The notes: generated from the sequence alone by a model not told the origin. A stretch of 22,117 nucleotides of DNA from Planctomycetales bacterium (GCA_037445915.1 JBBIJQ010000032.1:1-22117); one strand, 5' to 3'; positions 9,168-17,793 are shown, counted from the first letter of the stretch. Program-made: numbers and translations.

Positions 9168-9176
9168 ATTATATCA
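9168..9176 (-). promoter_or_regulatory. Extended -10 (TGaTATAAT) of glyQS
   Basis: Minus strand TGATATAAT, 11 nt before ATG; no SD. Confidence 0.65.
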
Positions 9177-9180
9177 GGAG

Positions 9181-9208
9181 AGGGATTAGGGGTGAGGGGA
9201 TAGGGTTA
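9181..9208 (+). repeat. Four imperfect heptamer tandem repeats (AGGGnnn); G-quadruplex-type motif
   Basis: AGGGATT AGGGGTG AGGGGAT AGGGTTA. Confidence 0.6.
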
Positions 9209-9215
9209 GTGTCAA

Positions 9216-9461
9216 ATGGGTAAGCAGGACTTAATCCCGCTTTGCTTACTCATAGTGGCACATGCGTCCCGCTTGTGCGTAAAAAGCACAGCCGAGTCGG
9301 CTGTGCCACTTCAAGGAATCCGGACGGCGGGGCGTAAGCCAGCCGAAGGCTGGCAAGTCCCCGGTCCTTCAGTCCAGAATCCAGTTTCCATAGCGGGGCT
9401 GGAAAGCCCCACCCCCGGGAGGAAAGTCCAGATTCCAGAGCGGAACTGAAGTTCCGCCTAC
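9216..9461. repeat. Cluster of REP-like palindromes (BIME/REPIN-like mosaic)
   Basis: Hairpins at 9216-9253, 9255-9278, 9286-9309, 9338-9354, 9395-9410 and 9440-9457. The last reads GTAG-GCGGAAC-TTCA-GTTCCGC on the minus strand. Confidence 0.65.
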
Positions 9462-9510
9462 AAGGGGGGATTGGGAATCAAGCGAAAGAGCGTCCTTTCC
9501 CATCCTGCGG

Positions 9511-9516
9511 TATTAT
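9511..9516 (+). promoter_or_regulatory. -10 box (TATTAT), 6 nt before GTG 9523 (leaderless)
   Basis: TATTAT-tagggc-GTG. Confidence 0.55.
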
Positions 9517-9522
9517 TAGGGC

Positions 9523-11460
9523 GTGGGAATAAGGCGTGCAGCGGCGCTCGTGGCATTGGCGGTAATCACCGCCTTATTCGCGTTGATGCCGCCGATGCCA
9601 CCGTCATTGGCGCAAACCTACGGGCCGCCGAGCCCCGGACAGAATCCTCCGCCTCCTCCACCTGCGCAAGGCCCGCCGGGAATGCAGCAGCCGATGCAGC
9701 CCCAGCAGCCGCTGCAACAACAGCCGCCACCGCAGTCTCCCATGCTTCCGCCGCCCAATGCCGCGTCCAGGGGGCTGCGCATCACGCAATACGACCTGAG
9801 CCAGTTCCCCATAGTGCACTTGTTCGCGTCAGTGACGGGAGCGCGCGGCTTGCCCATCAAGAACCTGCGCCCCGAAGACTTCGCCATTACCGAGAACGGC
9901 AAACAGGTGCAAAACCTGCGCTTCGCCAACCCCGAAGTCTTTGACCTGCCGTTGGCGATTCTCTTTGTCATTGACGTGAGCGGGTCTATGGAAGGCATCC
10001 CTTCGGGGGGATTCGCCTGGGGGCAGCCGATGCCCAATATGCAGCGCAAAGAAGGCGATTTGCGCCCGATTGATTATGAGATTGAAGCGGTGAAGGGCTT
10101 CATCGCGCAGCTTGCGCCGCCTGACGTGGTAGGGCTTATCAAATTTAGCGAGTCGGTTATCTTTGTGCAGGATTTCACCGCTGAAAAGCAGCTCGTGGTC
10201 AACGAAGTAGAGAAGCTGCGCCCGTTTGGGCGGACACGGCTCTACGACAGCATACGCCAGGCGATGAGCGCGGCGCGCCAGCTTGAAGGCTACCGTAGCG
10301 CGGTAATCGTGCTTTCCGACGGAATGGACAACGCGAGCACCGAAACGCCGGAGTCGCTGATAACCTATTACCGTGACGAGGTGCTGGCGAAGAACCTGAG
10401 CTTCAGCGTGTTCACGCTGGGCTTGGGCGACGAGATTGATGTCAATGGACTCTCGCTTATCGCGGAAGAAACCGGCGGCGAGTTCTTTGAATCGCCGACG
10501 CCTTATGACCTCAAGGCAATTTACCAGACAATACTCAACCAGATACTCAATGAATACGTGCTTGAATACGACTCAAGCGAGAGCCGCCAGGGCGCGATTG
10601 TTGAAGGAACAGTTGCGGCGACCGCCGAAGGCTCGCAATACAGCGCCAAGTTCACCTTCCGCTCGCCGGGGCTGGGGAAGGTGCTGGCGCGGCTGCTATG
10701 GCCGGGCGTGATACTCATGGCCATCGCCTTCGCGGCGCTGATATACTTCACGATAAGCAAGCTGCTGCGCGCGGCATGGGTTACGGTGATGGTCGCGCCG
10801 CTTGAGGGCAAAGACTTCGTGCTGCACGACGACAACCTCATCGGGCGCGGCGAGGAATGCACGGTGCAGATACGCCACGACCCGGGTGTGTGGCTGCTGC
10901 ATGCGCGCATCCAGCTAACCAACGACGGCTTCGTGCTCACGGCGATTGACGAGGGCAACCCGCCGCTTTACAACAACATGCCGGTCAGGCGCGCGGTGCT
11001 GCAGGACGGCGACGAGTTCATCCTCGGCAACACGCGCGTGATCTTCCACGAGCGGCGCGTGCGCAGGGATGCCGGCGAAGTGGGGATTGACTATTTGATG
11101 GCGGAAGCCGACCGCGAAGTGCGGGAGCGCCGAGCGGAGATGGGCGTCGTTGAGCCGCCGAGAGGCAAGCCTGCGACAAGCGCCCTTATCGTGACCGGCC
11201 CGCACAGCGGCATGGCGTTTGAGCTGAAGGCGGAGCTGACCATCGGGCGCAAGGAAGGGCTCATCGTGCTGCCCGAAGACCATGAAGTGAGCCGTCAGCA
11301 CCTCATCATCCGCAAGCTTGGCGACCGCGTTGAAGTTGAGGATTTGGGCAGCACCAACGGCAGCGAGCTAAACGGTCATAAACTAACGCCGCACCAGCCC
11401 GAGCCCGTCCACGCCGGCGACCTCATCAAGCTCGGCGCTACGATGATAAAGCTCCTCTAG
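9523..11460 (+). CDS. Membrane protein: signal peptide, Pro/Gln-rich linker, VWA domain, TM helix, two FHA domains
   Basis: MIDAS motif DVSGSM, T.LYD, LSDGMD, FTLGLG, IAEETGG; TM LLWPGVILMAIAFAALIYF; FHA IGRGEE...H...GDEFILG and IGRKEG...VSRQH...DLGSTNGS...GDLIKLG. Confidence 0.9.
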   Translation: MGIRRAAALVALAVITALFALMPPMPPSLAQTYGPPSPGQNPPPPPPAQGPPGMQQPMQPQQPLQQQPPPQSPMLPPPNAASRGLRITQYDLSQFPIVHLFASVTGARGLPIKNLRPEDFAITENGKQVQNLRFANPEVFDLPLAILFVIDVSGSMEGIPSGGFAWGQPMPNMQRKEGDLRPIDYEIEAVKGFIAQLAPPDVVGLIKFSESVIFVQDFTAEKQLVVNEVEKLRPFGRTRLYDSIRQAMSAARQLEGYRSAVIVLSDGMDNASTETPESLITYYRDEVLAKNLSFSVFTLGLGDEIDVNGLSLIAEETGGEFFESPTPYDLKAIYQTILNQILNEYVLEYDSSESRQGAIVEGTVAATAEGSQYSAKFTFRSPGLGKVLARLLWPGVILMAIAFAALIYFTISKLLRAAWVTVMVAPLEGKDFVLHDDNLIGRGEECTVQIRHDPGVWLLHARIQLTNDGFVLTAIDEGNPPLYNNMPVRRAVLQDGDEFILGNTRVIFHERRVRRDAGEVGIDYLMAEADREVRERRAEMGVVEPPRGKPATSALIVTGPHSGMAFELKAELTIGRKEGLIVLPEDHEVSRQHLIIRKLGDRVEVEDLGSTNGSELNGHKLTPHQPEPVHAGDLIKLGATMIKLL

Positions 11461-11467
11461 CTATGCG

Positions 11468-11917
11468 TTACTTAGCTTCCGCCAATCTTTTCAGCGCGGC
11501 AAGCAGGCTGTCGCAGTTTTCGTCCATCTTCTGGCGGATGATTTTGTGGACAAGCGCGCCCAGGAGCGGTATCTCAATTTCGTAGTCTATGTCCAGCACC
11601 ACGTTAGTCACCGCGCCGTCGCGAGTAAACGTCCACACGCCCGCATACGCTTTCATGTCGCCCTTGGTCATCTTGAACGTGCAGGTAAGCGCCTGCGCGT
11701 CCCAGATATCTTCTTCCTCCCACGCGATTTCCTTCGTGAGCGGGCCAACTTCGGCGACGCTCGTCCAGCGCGTGATGGTGCGGCTTCCGTCACGTTCAAG
11801 GATTTCAACCTTCTTCAAGTCGTGCATTACTTCGGGGAAGCGCTCCACGTCCTGCGCGATGGCGAAGACGGCTTCGGGAGCTGCGGCGACGGTTATCTCT
11901 TTGCGGACGGTTGGCAT
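11468..11917 (-). CDS. SRPBCC / polyketide cyclase-dehydrase (START-like, Coq10/RatA-like) protein
   Basis: EITVAAAPEAVF..AQDVERFPE, GDMKAYAGVWTF, C-terminal LAALKRLAE; AGGAG SD; 15 nt after the aminotransferase stop. Confidence 0.88.
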   Translation of the reverse strand: MPTVRKEITVAAAPEAVFAIAQDVERFPEVMHDLKKVEILERDGSRTITRWTSVAEVGPLTKEIAWEEEDIWDAQALTCTFKMTKGDMKAYAGVWTFTRDGAVTNVVLDIDYEIEIPLLGALVHKIIRQKMDENCDSLLAALKRLAEAK

Positions 11918-11932
11918 ATCGGCTCCTTGTTG

Positions 11933-13177
11933 TTAGGCGAACTTCTCAAGCATCTCGGCGGTTTCGCGTAGCGACGCGTCAAGCACTTCAAGCACTTCGG
12001 CGAACAGCTCCTCGGGCGTGTTCAGCGGCGGCTCAAGGCGCACGACTTCCGGCTTGTTCAGCGCGAATGCGATGAGCACGCCCTTGTTGAGAATAGCGGC
12101 GATGGCAAGCTCTGCCACGTCGCTGGAGGTGAACTCCAGCCCAATCAGCAACCCAACCCCTCGTGCTTCCTTGAGCACTTGCGGGTACTTGAGTTGCAGC
12201 GCCTTGAGGCCGTCCAGGAATGTTGGGCCGACGCGCTCGGCGCGCTCCGCGAGCTTCTCGTCCTGCAGCACATCTATCGCCGCGCTCACGGCAGCGCACG
12301 CCATTGCCCCGCCGCCAAAAGTTGAGCTGTGAATAAGCGGTTGCTCCTCAAACTTCGCCCAGACTTCAGGAGTACCGCCAAATGCGCCTACGGGCATGAC
12401 CCCGCCGCCCAGCGACTTCGCCAGCACGATGATGTCCGGCTCAATGCCGTCGCGCTCGCAGGCGAAGTTGCGGCCGGTGCGCCCCATGCCGGTTTGCACC
12501 TCGTCGGCGATGAGCAGCGTTCCATGCTTGCGTGTCAGCTCCCGCACTGCTTTCAAGTAGCCAGCAGGCGCGGAATGGATGCCGCCTTCGCCCTGCACCG
12601 GCTCAATGATGACGGCGGAGATATCGCTGTTCAGCGTCGTCTCCAGCGTTTCAACACAGCCGAACGGCACTTCGCTGAACTTCGCCAGCAGCGGCTCAAA
12701 GGGGATGCGGTGCTTGTCGCGGCCGGTCGCGGATAGCGAGCCCATGGTCTTGCCGTGAAAACCGCCTCGCGTGTAGATGATGCCGCTGCGCCCTGTCGCA
12801 AGGCGGGCGAGTTTGAGCGCGCCCTCCACAGATTCGGTGCCGGAGTTGGTGAAAAAGAACTTGGAGACGAGGCCGGGGGTGATGAGCGACAGCTTCATCG
12901 CGGCTTCAACCGCCGGCGGGTCAACCAGAAGCTTACACGACAGCGGCATATGGTCAAGCTGCTCGCGCACGGCGGCGATGATGCGGGGATGGCGGTGGCC
13001 GAAGTTGAACGCGCCGTAGCCGCCGAGAAAGTCTATGAAGCGCCTGCCGCGCGAGTCCCAGATTAGCGAGCCTTCCGCGCGCACTGCAGCCGCGTCCATG
13101 CCCATGAAGGAAAGCGCTTTCGCCATTCCGGCGTTCAAGTGCCGCGCGTATGCATCCATTATCCCTTGTTCAATCAT
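11933..13177 (-). CDS. Class III PLP aminotransferase (putrescine/acetylornithine aminotransferase-like)
   Basis: IDFLGGYG..NFGH.HP, NSGTESVEGALKLAR, FHGKTMGSLS, EPVQGEGG, ADEVQTGMGRTG, LAKSLGGG (PLP Lys), HSSTFGG. Confidence 0.92.
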   Translation of the reverse strand: MIEQGIMDAYARHLNAGMAKALSFMGMDAAAVRAEGSLIWDSRGRRFIDFLGGYGAFNFGHRHPRIIAAVREQLDHMPLSCKLLVDPPAVEAAMKLSLITPGLVSKFFFTNSGTESVEGALKLARLATGRSGIIYTRGGFHGKTMGSLSATGRDKHRIPFEPLLAKFSEVPFGCVETLETTLNSDISAVIIEPVQGEGGIHSAPAGYLKAVRELTRKHGTLLIADEVQTGMGRTGRNFACERDGIEPDIIVLAKSLGGGVMPVGAFGGTPEVWAKFEEQPLIHSSTFGGGAMACAAVSAAIDVLQDEKLAERAERVGPTFLDGLKALQLKYPQVLKEARGVGLLIGLEFTSSDVAELAIAAILNKGVLIAFALNKPEVVRLEPPLNTPEELFAEVLEVLDASLRETAEMLEKFA

Positions 13178-13215
13178 TGCAGACTGCTCCTGCGCATCTA
13201 ATCGCGCTGAAAGTG

Positions 13216-13244
13216 TTGCAAACGAGGCTAGACTCTAGCATAAT
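13216..13244 (+). promoter_or_regulatory. sigma70-type promoter TTGCAA-N17-CATAAT for the PilZ gene
   Basis: -35 at 13216-13221, -10 at 13239-13244. Confidence 0.5.
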
Positions 13245-13258
13245 CTTTGAGCTTTCTT

Positions 13259-14059
13259 ATGGACGAACTCCAGCAAAAGACCGGCATCGCCCACCTCTAC
13301 TACCCTGGGCAATTCGTGGAGATTGACTGCGGGTCGCTCTGCAAGCAGCTCGGCATCAAAGTCAAGCTAGTTGACGGCCTCGTCATGGCCGGCGCAGGCA
13401 CGTTGTTTGAGGAAAACGGCGTCAAGGCCGACATCGGCGAAGGCGCGGAAGAATTGCCAGCCTTCATCTCGGGCCGCATTATTGTCGTGCGCAGCGAGGA
13501 CTTCGTCCTGAACTTGAAAGGCCTGCCGCGCCAGCTCTCAGGCAAGCTAGCCCCCGATATGAACATCCATGTCGTGCTGGTTGACCCGACGGGAAGCTAC
13601 AGCGCGAACTCGCAGCTTCTTGAAGTCCACGAGGACGACGACACGCTGCGCATCGCGCGCTACGCCCACGGCGTCTTCCACCGCTGGCGTCGGTTCCTGC
13701 GCGTCGCCATTCGCGGCCGCGCGTTCTTTATGTCTGAAGAAGTCATTGAAGGCGAAGGCGAAGGGGCGCTAATAGACCTGGGCGGCGCGGGAGTGCGTGT
13801 TGAGATAAGCGCAAGCTGGCTTAAAGTCGGCGACGAGCTGGCGCTTGTCATAGACACGGGCTTTATGGATGAAGAGCGCATGCGCCATGTCGCCCTTAAC
13901 GTCACCGTCCCCTCGCGCATCGTGTGGCTTCGCCAGGTGCAAAGTGAAGGCCCGTCGCCCCTCTACCAGGTCGGCCTTGCGTTTACAGAGATAAGCATGG
14001 TTGACCAGGACCGCCTCATCGGCTTCATCCTAGCCTACGAAAGCTCGCGCATGGAATAG
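13259..14059 (+). CDS. PilZ-domain (YcgR-like) putative c-di-GMP effector
   Basis: RRFLR (RxxxR), DLGGAG (variant of D/NxSxxG), C-terminal IVW...YQVGLAF...DRLIGFI. Start ATG 13259 (TTG 13247 is an alternative). Confidence 0.8.
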   Translation: MDELQQKTGIAHLYYPGQFVEIDCGSLCKQLGIKVKLVDGLVMAGAGTLFEENGVKADIGEGAEELPAFISGRIIVVRSEDFVLNLKGLPRQLSGKLAPDMNIHVVLVDPTGSYSANSQLLEVHEDDDTLRIARYAHGVFHRWRRFLRVAIRGRAFFMSEEVIEGEGEGALIDLGGAGVRVEISASWLKVGDELALVIDTGFMDEERMRHVALNVTVPSRIVWLRQVQSEGPSPLYQVGLAFTEISMVDQDRLIGFILAYESSRME

Positions 14060-14125
14060 CGCAGGGCTTCAAGTTAGCAGCCGTTAGCAGATATGCGGGC
14101 GTTCCCGCGCCCTTAAAGCAAAAAA

Positions 14126-14201
14126 TCGGGGAGGGGAGATTTGAACTCCCGATCTCAAGTCCCCCAGACTTGCGCCCTAGACCGGACTGGGCCACTCCCC
14201 G
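14126..14201 (-). tRNA. tRNA-Pro(GGG), CCA not encoded
   Basis: Acceptor CGGGGAG/CTCCCCG, anticodon arm CAAGT-CTGGGGG-ACTTG, T arm GGGAG-TTCAAAT-CTCCC; TAGAAT -10 upstream. Confidence 0.96.
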
Positions 14202-14376
14202 ATGCGCTTCATTCTATCCTGCGCGCGCAGTGATATGCAATAGCAGGGGGGGAAGGTAAAGAGAGATTAGTGCAAGAGCCTAGAATCCGGAGCCGGGCTG
14301 GTGACCCTCCGACGCTTTCGCTGTGGCGGGCAAGGCCCGGCGTGCCTGTGAGAGTGAATTAATGCGAAGGGGAAAC

Positions 14377-14448
14377 TGGAGATAGGGGGATTCGAACCCC
14401 CGGCCTCCCGGATGCGAACCGGACGCTCTACCGCTGAGCTATATCCCC
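14377..14448 (-). tRNA. tRNA-Ala(CGC), CCA not encoded
   Basis: Acceptor GGGGATA/TATCTCC with G3:U70, anticodon loop TT-CGC-AT, T arm GGGGG-TTCGAAT-CCCCC; TATAAT upstream. Confidence 0.96.
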
Positions 14449-14507
14449 ATTCGGCGGGCGCATATTATACACGATAGCGGCGCGCACGGCTGTCCCGTCC
14501 GCGCGCC

Positions 14508-14867
14508 TTACTTCCCGATGAGCATCCGCAGCGAAACCGCAAGCAAAAATACGCCGAAGACGCGCTGGAGGGTAAGCACGGGCAGCTTCACCGCAATCGC
14601 CCCGCCGAAATATCCGCCAATTAAGAACCCAGCCGCCAGCAACAGCGCCACGGTGATGTTCATCTGGCCGTGCTTCCAGTACTGGTATGCGGCGAGGATG
14701 CCGATGGGCGGCAGGAGCATTGCGACGCTGGTTCCCTGCGCCATTGTTTGCGAGTAGCCAAAGACATAACGCAGCAGGGGCACGACGAGTATTCCTCCGC
14801 CAAGCCCAACTATCCCGCAAAGCGCGCCGACTAATACGCCAATTCCGATGAAGATAAGGTTGTGCAT
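14508..14867 (-). CDS. Sulfite exporter TauE/SafE (TSUP) family protein, half-size form
   Basis: G..VGLGGGIL.VP.L, AQGTS, G..GG..A..LP...L.R.FG.FL; GGAGG SD and TGcTAAGAT upstream. Confidence 0.88.
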   Translation of the reverse strand: MHNLIFIGIGVLVGALCGIVGLGGGILVVPLLRYVFGYSQTMAQGTSVAMLLPPIGILAAYQYWKHGQMNITVALLLAAGFLIGGYFGGAIAVKLPVLTLQRVFGVFLLAVSLRMLIGK

Positions 14868-14928
14868 CTGCGTGTACCCCTCCGCAGTTATCTTAGCAGG
14901 GATTCATGCAGAGCGCAGGGGTGCGCAG

Positions 14929-17424
14929 CTAGTTCTTGCGTGCGGGCTTCTTAGCTGCAGGCTTGGCGGCACTCTTCGCTACGGCTTTCTTGACTTTCCT
15001 GGCTTTCCTAGGCGCAGGCTTTGTTGCGTCATCGGGCTTCGCGCCGGGGGGGCACAGGCAGACTTTCTGCTTGCGCGGGTCGGTAACGAACGCGAGGTCA
15101 AGCACCTCGTCAAGGTGCTTCACGAAGATGAACTCCATCCCCTTAGTTATCTCAGACGGAACTTCTTTGATATCCTTCTGGTTGCGCCAAGGGATGATGA
15201 CCTTGTTTATGCCTGCGCGCTTCGCGCCGAGTATCTTTTCCTTGAGCCCGCCGATAGGCAACACGCGCCCTTGAAGCGTTATCTCGCCGGTCATGGCGAG
15301 ATTGGGCTTCACTTTGACGCCGGTAAACAGCGAGACCAGTGCGGAAGCTATTGTGATGCCGGCGGAGGGGCCGTCTTTGGGAATAGCGCCCGCGGGGAAA
15401 TGAATGTGCACGTCGTGCTTGGCTAAGTCTTCGTCGCTGATGCCCAGAGCTTTAGTGTGGCTGCGAAGGTAAGTCATCGCGGCTTGGCATGATTCCTTCA
15501 TCACGTCGCCGAGATAACCGGTGAGGATGAGGCCGCCTTTGCCTGCCATGCGCGCTGTTTCAATTACCTGTATCTCGCCGCCCACGCTCGTCCATACGAC
15601 GCCTGTGGCGACTCCCACCTGGTCGGTGATACGCTCGTCCGAACGGTCGTATTTGCGAACGCCGAGGTATTGCTCCAACTCGCGTTCGTTGGTTGCCTTC
15701 TCGCCGTTCTCCTTGCCAGATGCGATTTTCAGCGCGACTTTGCGGCAAATTTTCGCCAGCTCGCGCTCAAGGTTGCGCACTCCGGCCTCGCGCGTGTAGT
15801 TGAGGATAATGACACGCAGCATCTTCTTGCTTATCTGGAGGTTGCCCTTGTTCAGGCCGTGGTTTTCTAACTGCTTGGGAACGAGGAAGCGGCGCGCAAT
15901 CTCCATCTTCTCCAGCTCGGTGTAGCCCGAAAGGCGGATAATCTCCATCCTGTCCAGCAGGGGCGGGGGGATAGTGTCCAGCATGTTCGCGGTTGCGATA
16001 AACAGGACTTGAGAGAGGTCAAATGGGACTTCAAGGTAATGGTCGGAGAAGGCGTTGTTCTGCTCCGGGTCCAGCGCTTCCAGCAGCGCGGAGCTGGGGT
16101 CGCCGCGAAAGTCCATGCCGACTTTGTCAATCTCGTCCAGCATAAACACCGGGTTGCGAGTGCCGGCAGAGCGGACGCCCTGGATTATGCGCCCCGGCAG
16201 CGCGCCGACGTAGGTGCGGCGGTGGCCGCGAATTTCGGCCTCATCGCGTATGCCGCCCAGGCTCATGCGCACGAACTTGCGCTTGAGGGCGCGGGCGATG
16301 CTCTTGCCGAGGCTGGTCTTGCCGGTTCCCGGCGGGCCGACGAAGCAGAGGATGGGGCCTTTGAGCGAGTTGGTGAGCTTGAGCACGCCAAGGTATTCCA
16401 GCAAGCGCTCCTTAATCTCGTCCAGGCCATAGTGGTCTTCATCCAGGATGGAATGCGCCAGGGCGATGTTCGTCTCGTCTTCTGTGCTTTTCACCCAAGG
16501 AAGGTCGCATAGGGTATCAAGGAATGTCCTTATAACTCCGCCTTCGGCGGATTCAGGGTGGAGGCGCTGCAAGCGGTCAAGCTCTTCGCGCGCTTTCTTA
16601 TCCACTTCTTCGGGCATCTGCGCGGCCTTAATACGCTCGTCATACTTAGCTCGCTCAACTTCCTTGTTGTCAAACTCGCCCAGCTCGCGCTGGATGGCCT
16701 TCATCTGCTCGCGCAGGAAGTACTCGCGCTGGCTCTTGCCGACTTCTTCCTGCACCTGCGTCTGAATCTCGTTGCTCATGTTAAGGAGCTGGATTTCGCG
16801 CGAAAGGAAGCCGTTCGCCTTGGCAAGCCGCTTTTCGGCGTCAAAGGTCTCCAGCATCTCCTGGCGCTCTTCCAGCTTCACATTGATATGCGTCGCGAGC
16901 AAGTCGGCGAGCATCCCGGGGTCGCGGATATTGTTTGCGGCGACGAGGATTTCGGTCGGCAGCGAGCGCGAAAGGTTCACGAATTCCTTGAAATGCTCCA
17001 GCGCGCTGCGCATCAGCGCCTGCACCTTGAGGCCCTCCGGCTTGCTGTCCGGCACGGCTTCAATGACAGCCTCAAAAAAGGGATCTGTCTGGGTGTAGCG
17101 CTTGACGGCAAAGCGCGTCATCCCCTGCACGAGGATGCGCGCGCCGCCTTCCGGCAGCACGAGCTTACGCAGTATCAGCCCAATTGTCCCGACGCCGAAA
17201 AGGTCGCCGGCGCTCGGCTCCTCAATGCTCTCGTCCTTCTGCGTTATCAAGCCTATGAGCTTGCGGCCTTCAAACACTTCGTCAATCGCGGCGACGGATT
17301 TATCGCGGGAAACGTGGATGGGGATGACGAGGTTGGGGAAGACGACGACGTTCTTTAGCGCCAGAATCGGCAGCCGATCCGGCATCGGCTCTTGCATTGC
17401 AGCATGTTCGGGTTGGTCTGCCAT
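14929..17424 (-). CDS. lon: ATP-dependent protease La (LonA) with a basic C-terminal tail
   Basis: LON N-domain, Walker [28 protein letters not shown], catalytic PKDGPSAG and GGLKEK. Confidence 0.98.
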   Translation of the reverse strand: MADQPEHAAMQEPMPDRLPILALKNVVVFPNLVIPIHVSRDKSVAAIDEVFEGRKLIGLITQKDESIEEPSAGDLFGVGTIGLILRKLVLPEGGARILVQGMTRFAVKRYTQTDPFFEAVIEAVPDSKPEGLKVQALMRSALEHFKEFVNLSRSLPTEILVAANNIRDPGMLADLLATHINVKLEERQEMLETFDAEKRLAKANGFLSREIQLLNMSNEIQTQVQEEVGKSQREYFLREQMKAIQRELGEFDNKEVERAKYDERIKAAQMPEEVDKKAREELDRLQRLHPESAEGGVIRTFLDTLCDLPWVKSTEDETNIALAHSILDEDHYGLDEIKERLLEYLGVLKLTNSLKGPILCFVGPPGTGKTSLGKSIARALKRKFVRMSLGGIRDEAEIRGHRRTYVGALPGRIIQGVRSAGTRNPVFMLDEIDKVGMDFRGDPSSALLEALDPEQNNAFSDHYLEVPFDLSQVLFIATANMLDTIPPPLLDRMEIIRLSGYTELEKMEIARRFLVPKQLENHGLNKGNLQISKKMLRVIILNYTREAGVRNLERELAKICRKVALKIASGKENGEKATNERELEQYLGVRKYDRSDERITDQVGVATGVVWTSVGGEIQVIETARMAGKGGLILTGYLGDVMKESCQAAMTYLRSHTKALGISDEDLAKHDVHIHFPAGAIPKDGPSAGITIASALVSLFTGVKVKPNLAMTGEITLQGRVLPIGGLKEKILGAKRAGINKVIIPWRNQKDIKEVPSEITKGMEFIFVKHLDEVLDLAFVTDPRKQKVCLCPPGAKPDDATKPAPRKARKVKKAVAKSAAKPAAKKPARKN

Positions 17425-17448
17425 GGGCGAAGCGTCTCTGAAAAAGAA

Positions 17449-17457
17449 ATTATAGCA
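17449..17457 (-). promoter_or_regulatory. Extended -10 (TGcTATAAT) of lon
   Basis: Minus strand TGCTATAAT 24 nt upstream of ATG; no obvious SD. Confidence 0.65.
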
Positions 17458-17514
17458 TAGCCGTTCGCGGCCGCTTGCTTCACTTCAATCCCCGTCTCAC
17501 GCCCGTTTTCGTTC

Positions 17515-17536
17515 CCCTACGGGTCAAGCTCGCGGC
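17515..17536 (+). repeat. 22-bp direct repeat, copy 1
   Basis: CCCTACGGGTCAAGCTCGCGGC, identical to 18360-18381. Confidence 0.92.
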
Positions 17537-17575
17537 AGTGGCTTTGAAGCGGTTTCAGGCGCGAATCTTTCGCGC

Positions 17576-17604
17576 TTGACAATGGCTTCACTTGAGGATA
17601 TTAC
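17576..17604 (+). promoter_or_regulatory. Promoter TTGACA-N17-TATTAC inside the cassette
   Basis: Perfect -35 at 17576-17581; imperfect -10 at 17599-17604. Confidence 0.5.
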
Positions 17605-17688
17605 GCTTGCGCTAGGTTCAATTCTTCAAGGATGGAGCCTTGGGGAGATTCAATTCTACCGGCGCTGTGAATTAATCAGGAGGGTGAA

Positions 17689-17721
17689 ATGCCCATTATG
17701 AAAACAATCCGGGGGGGGTAG
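17689..17721 (+). other. Micro-ORF MPIMKTIRGG behind a strong SD, containing a G8 tract (leader peptide or gene remnant)
   Basis: AGGAGGgtgaa-ATG CCC ATT ATG AAA ACA ATC CGG GGG GGG TAG. Confidence 0.35.
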
Positions 17722-17793
17722 CCTGCTTATCTATACCGCGCTCATATTGGCGGAGGCGATTAGTTAGACAATGCAAGGTTCGAGGATTCTAAT

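Noticed and set aside
9416-9445. GGGAGGAAAGTCC resembles the RNase P RNA P4 5' strand
   Set aside because: No room for the rest of rnpB before the CDS at 9523 and no matching 3' P4 motif; AGTCCAG is part of a locally repeated spacer.
9216-9449. 77-aa ORF in the glyQS/VWA intergenic region
   Set aside because: Lies entirely across the palindrome cluster; no protein-like features.
14126-14448. tRNA genes lacking encoded CCA
   Set aside because: Common in many bacteria that have a CCA-adding enzyme; not unusual.
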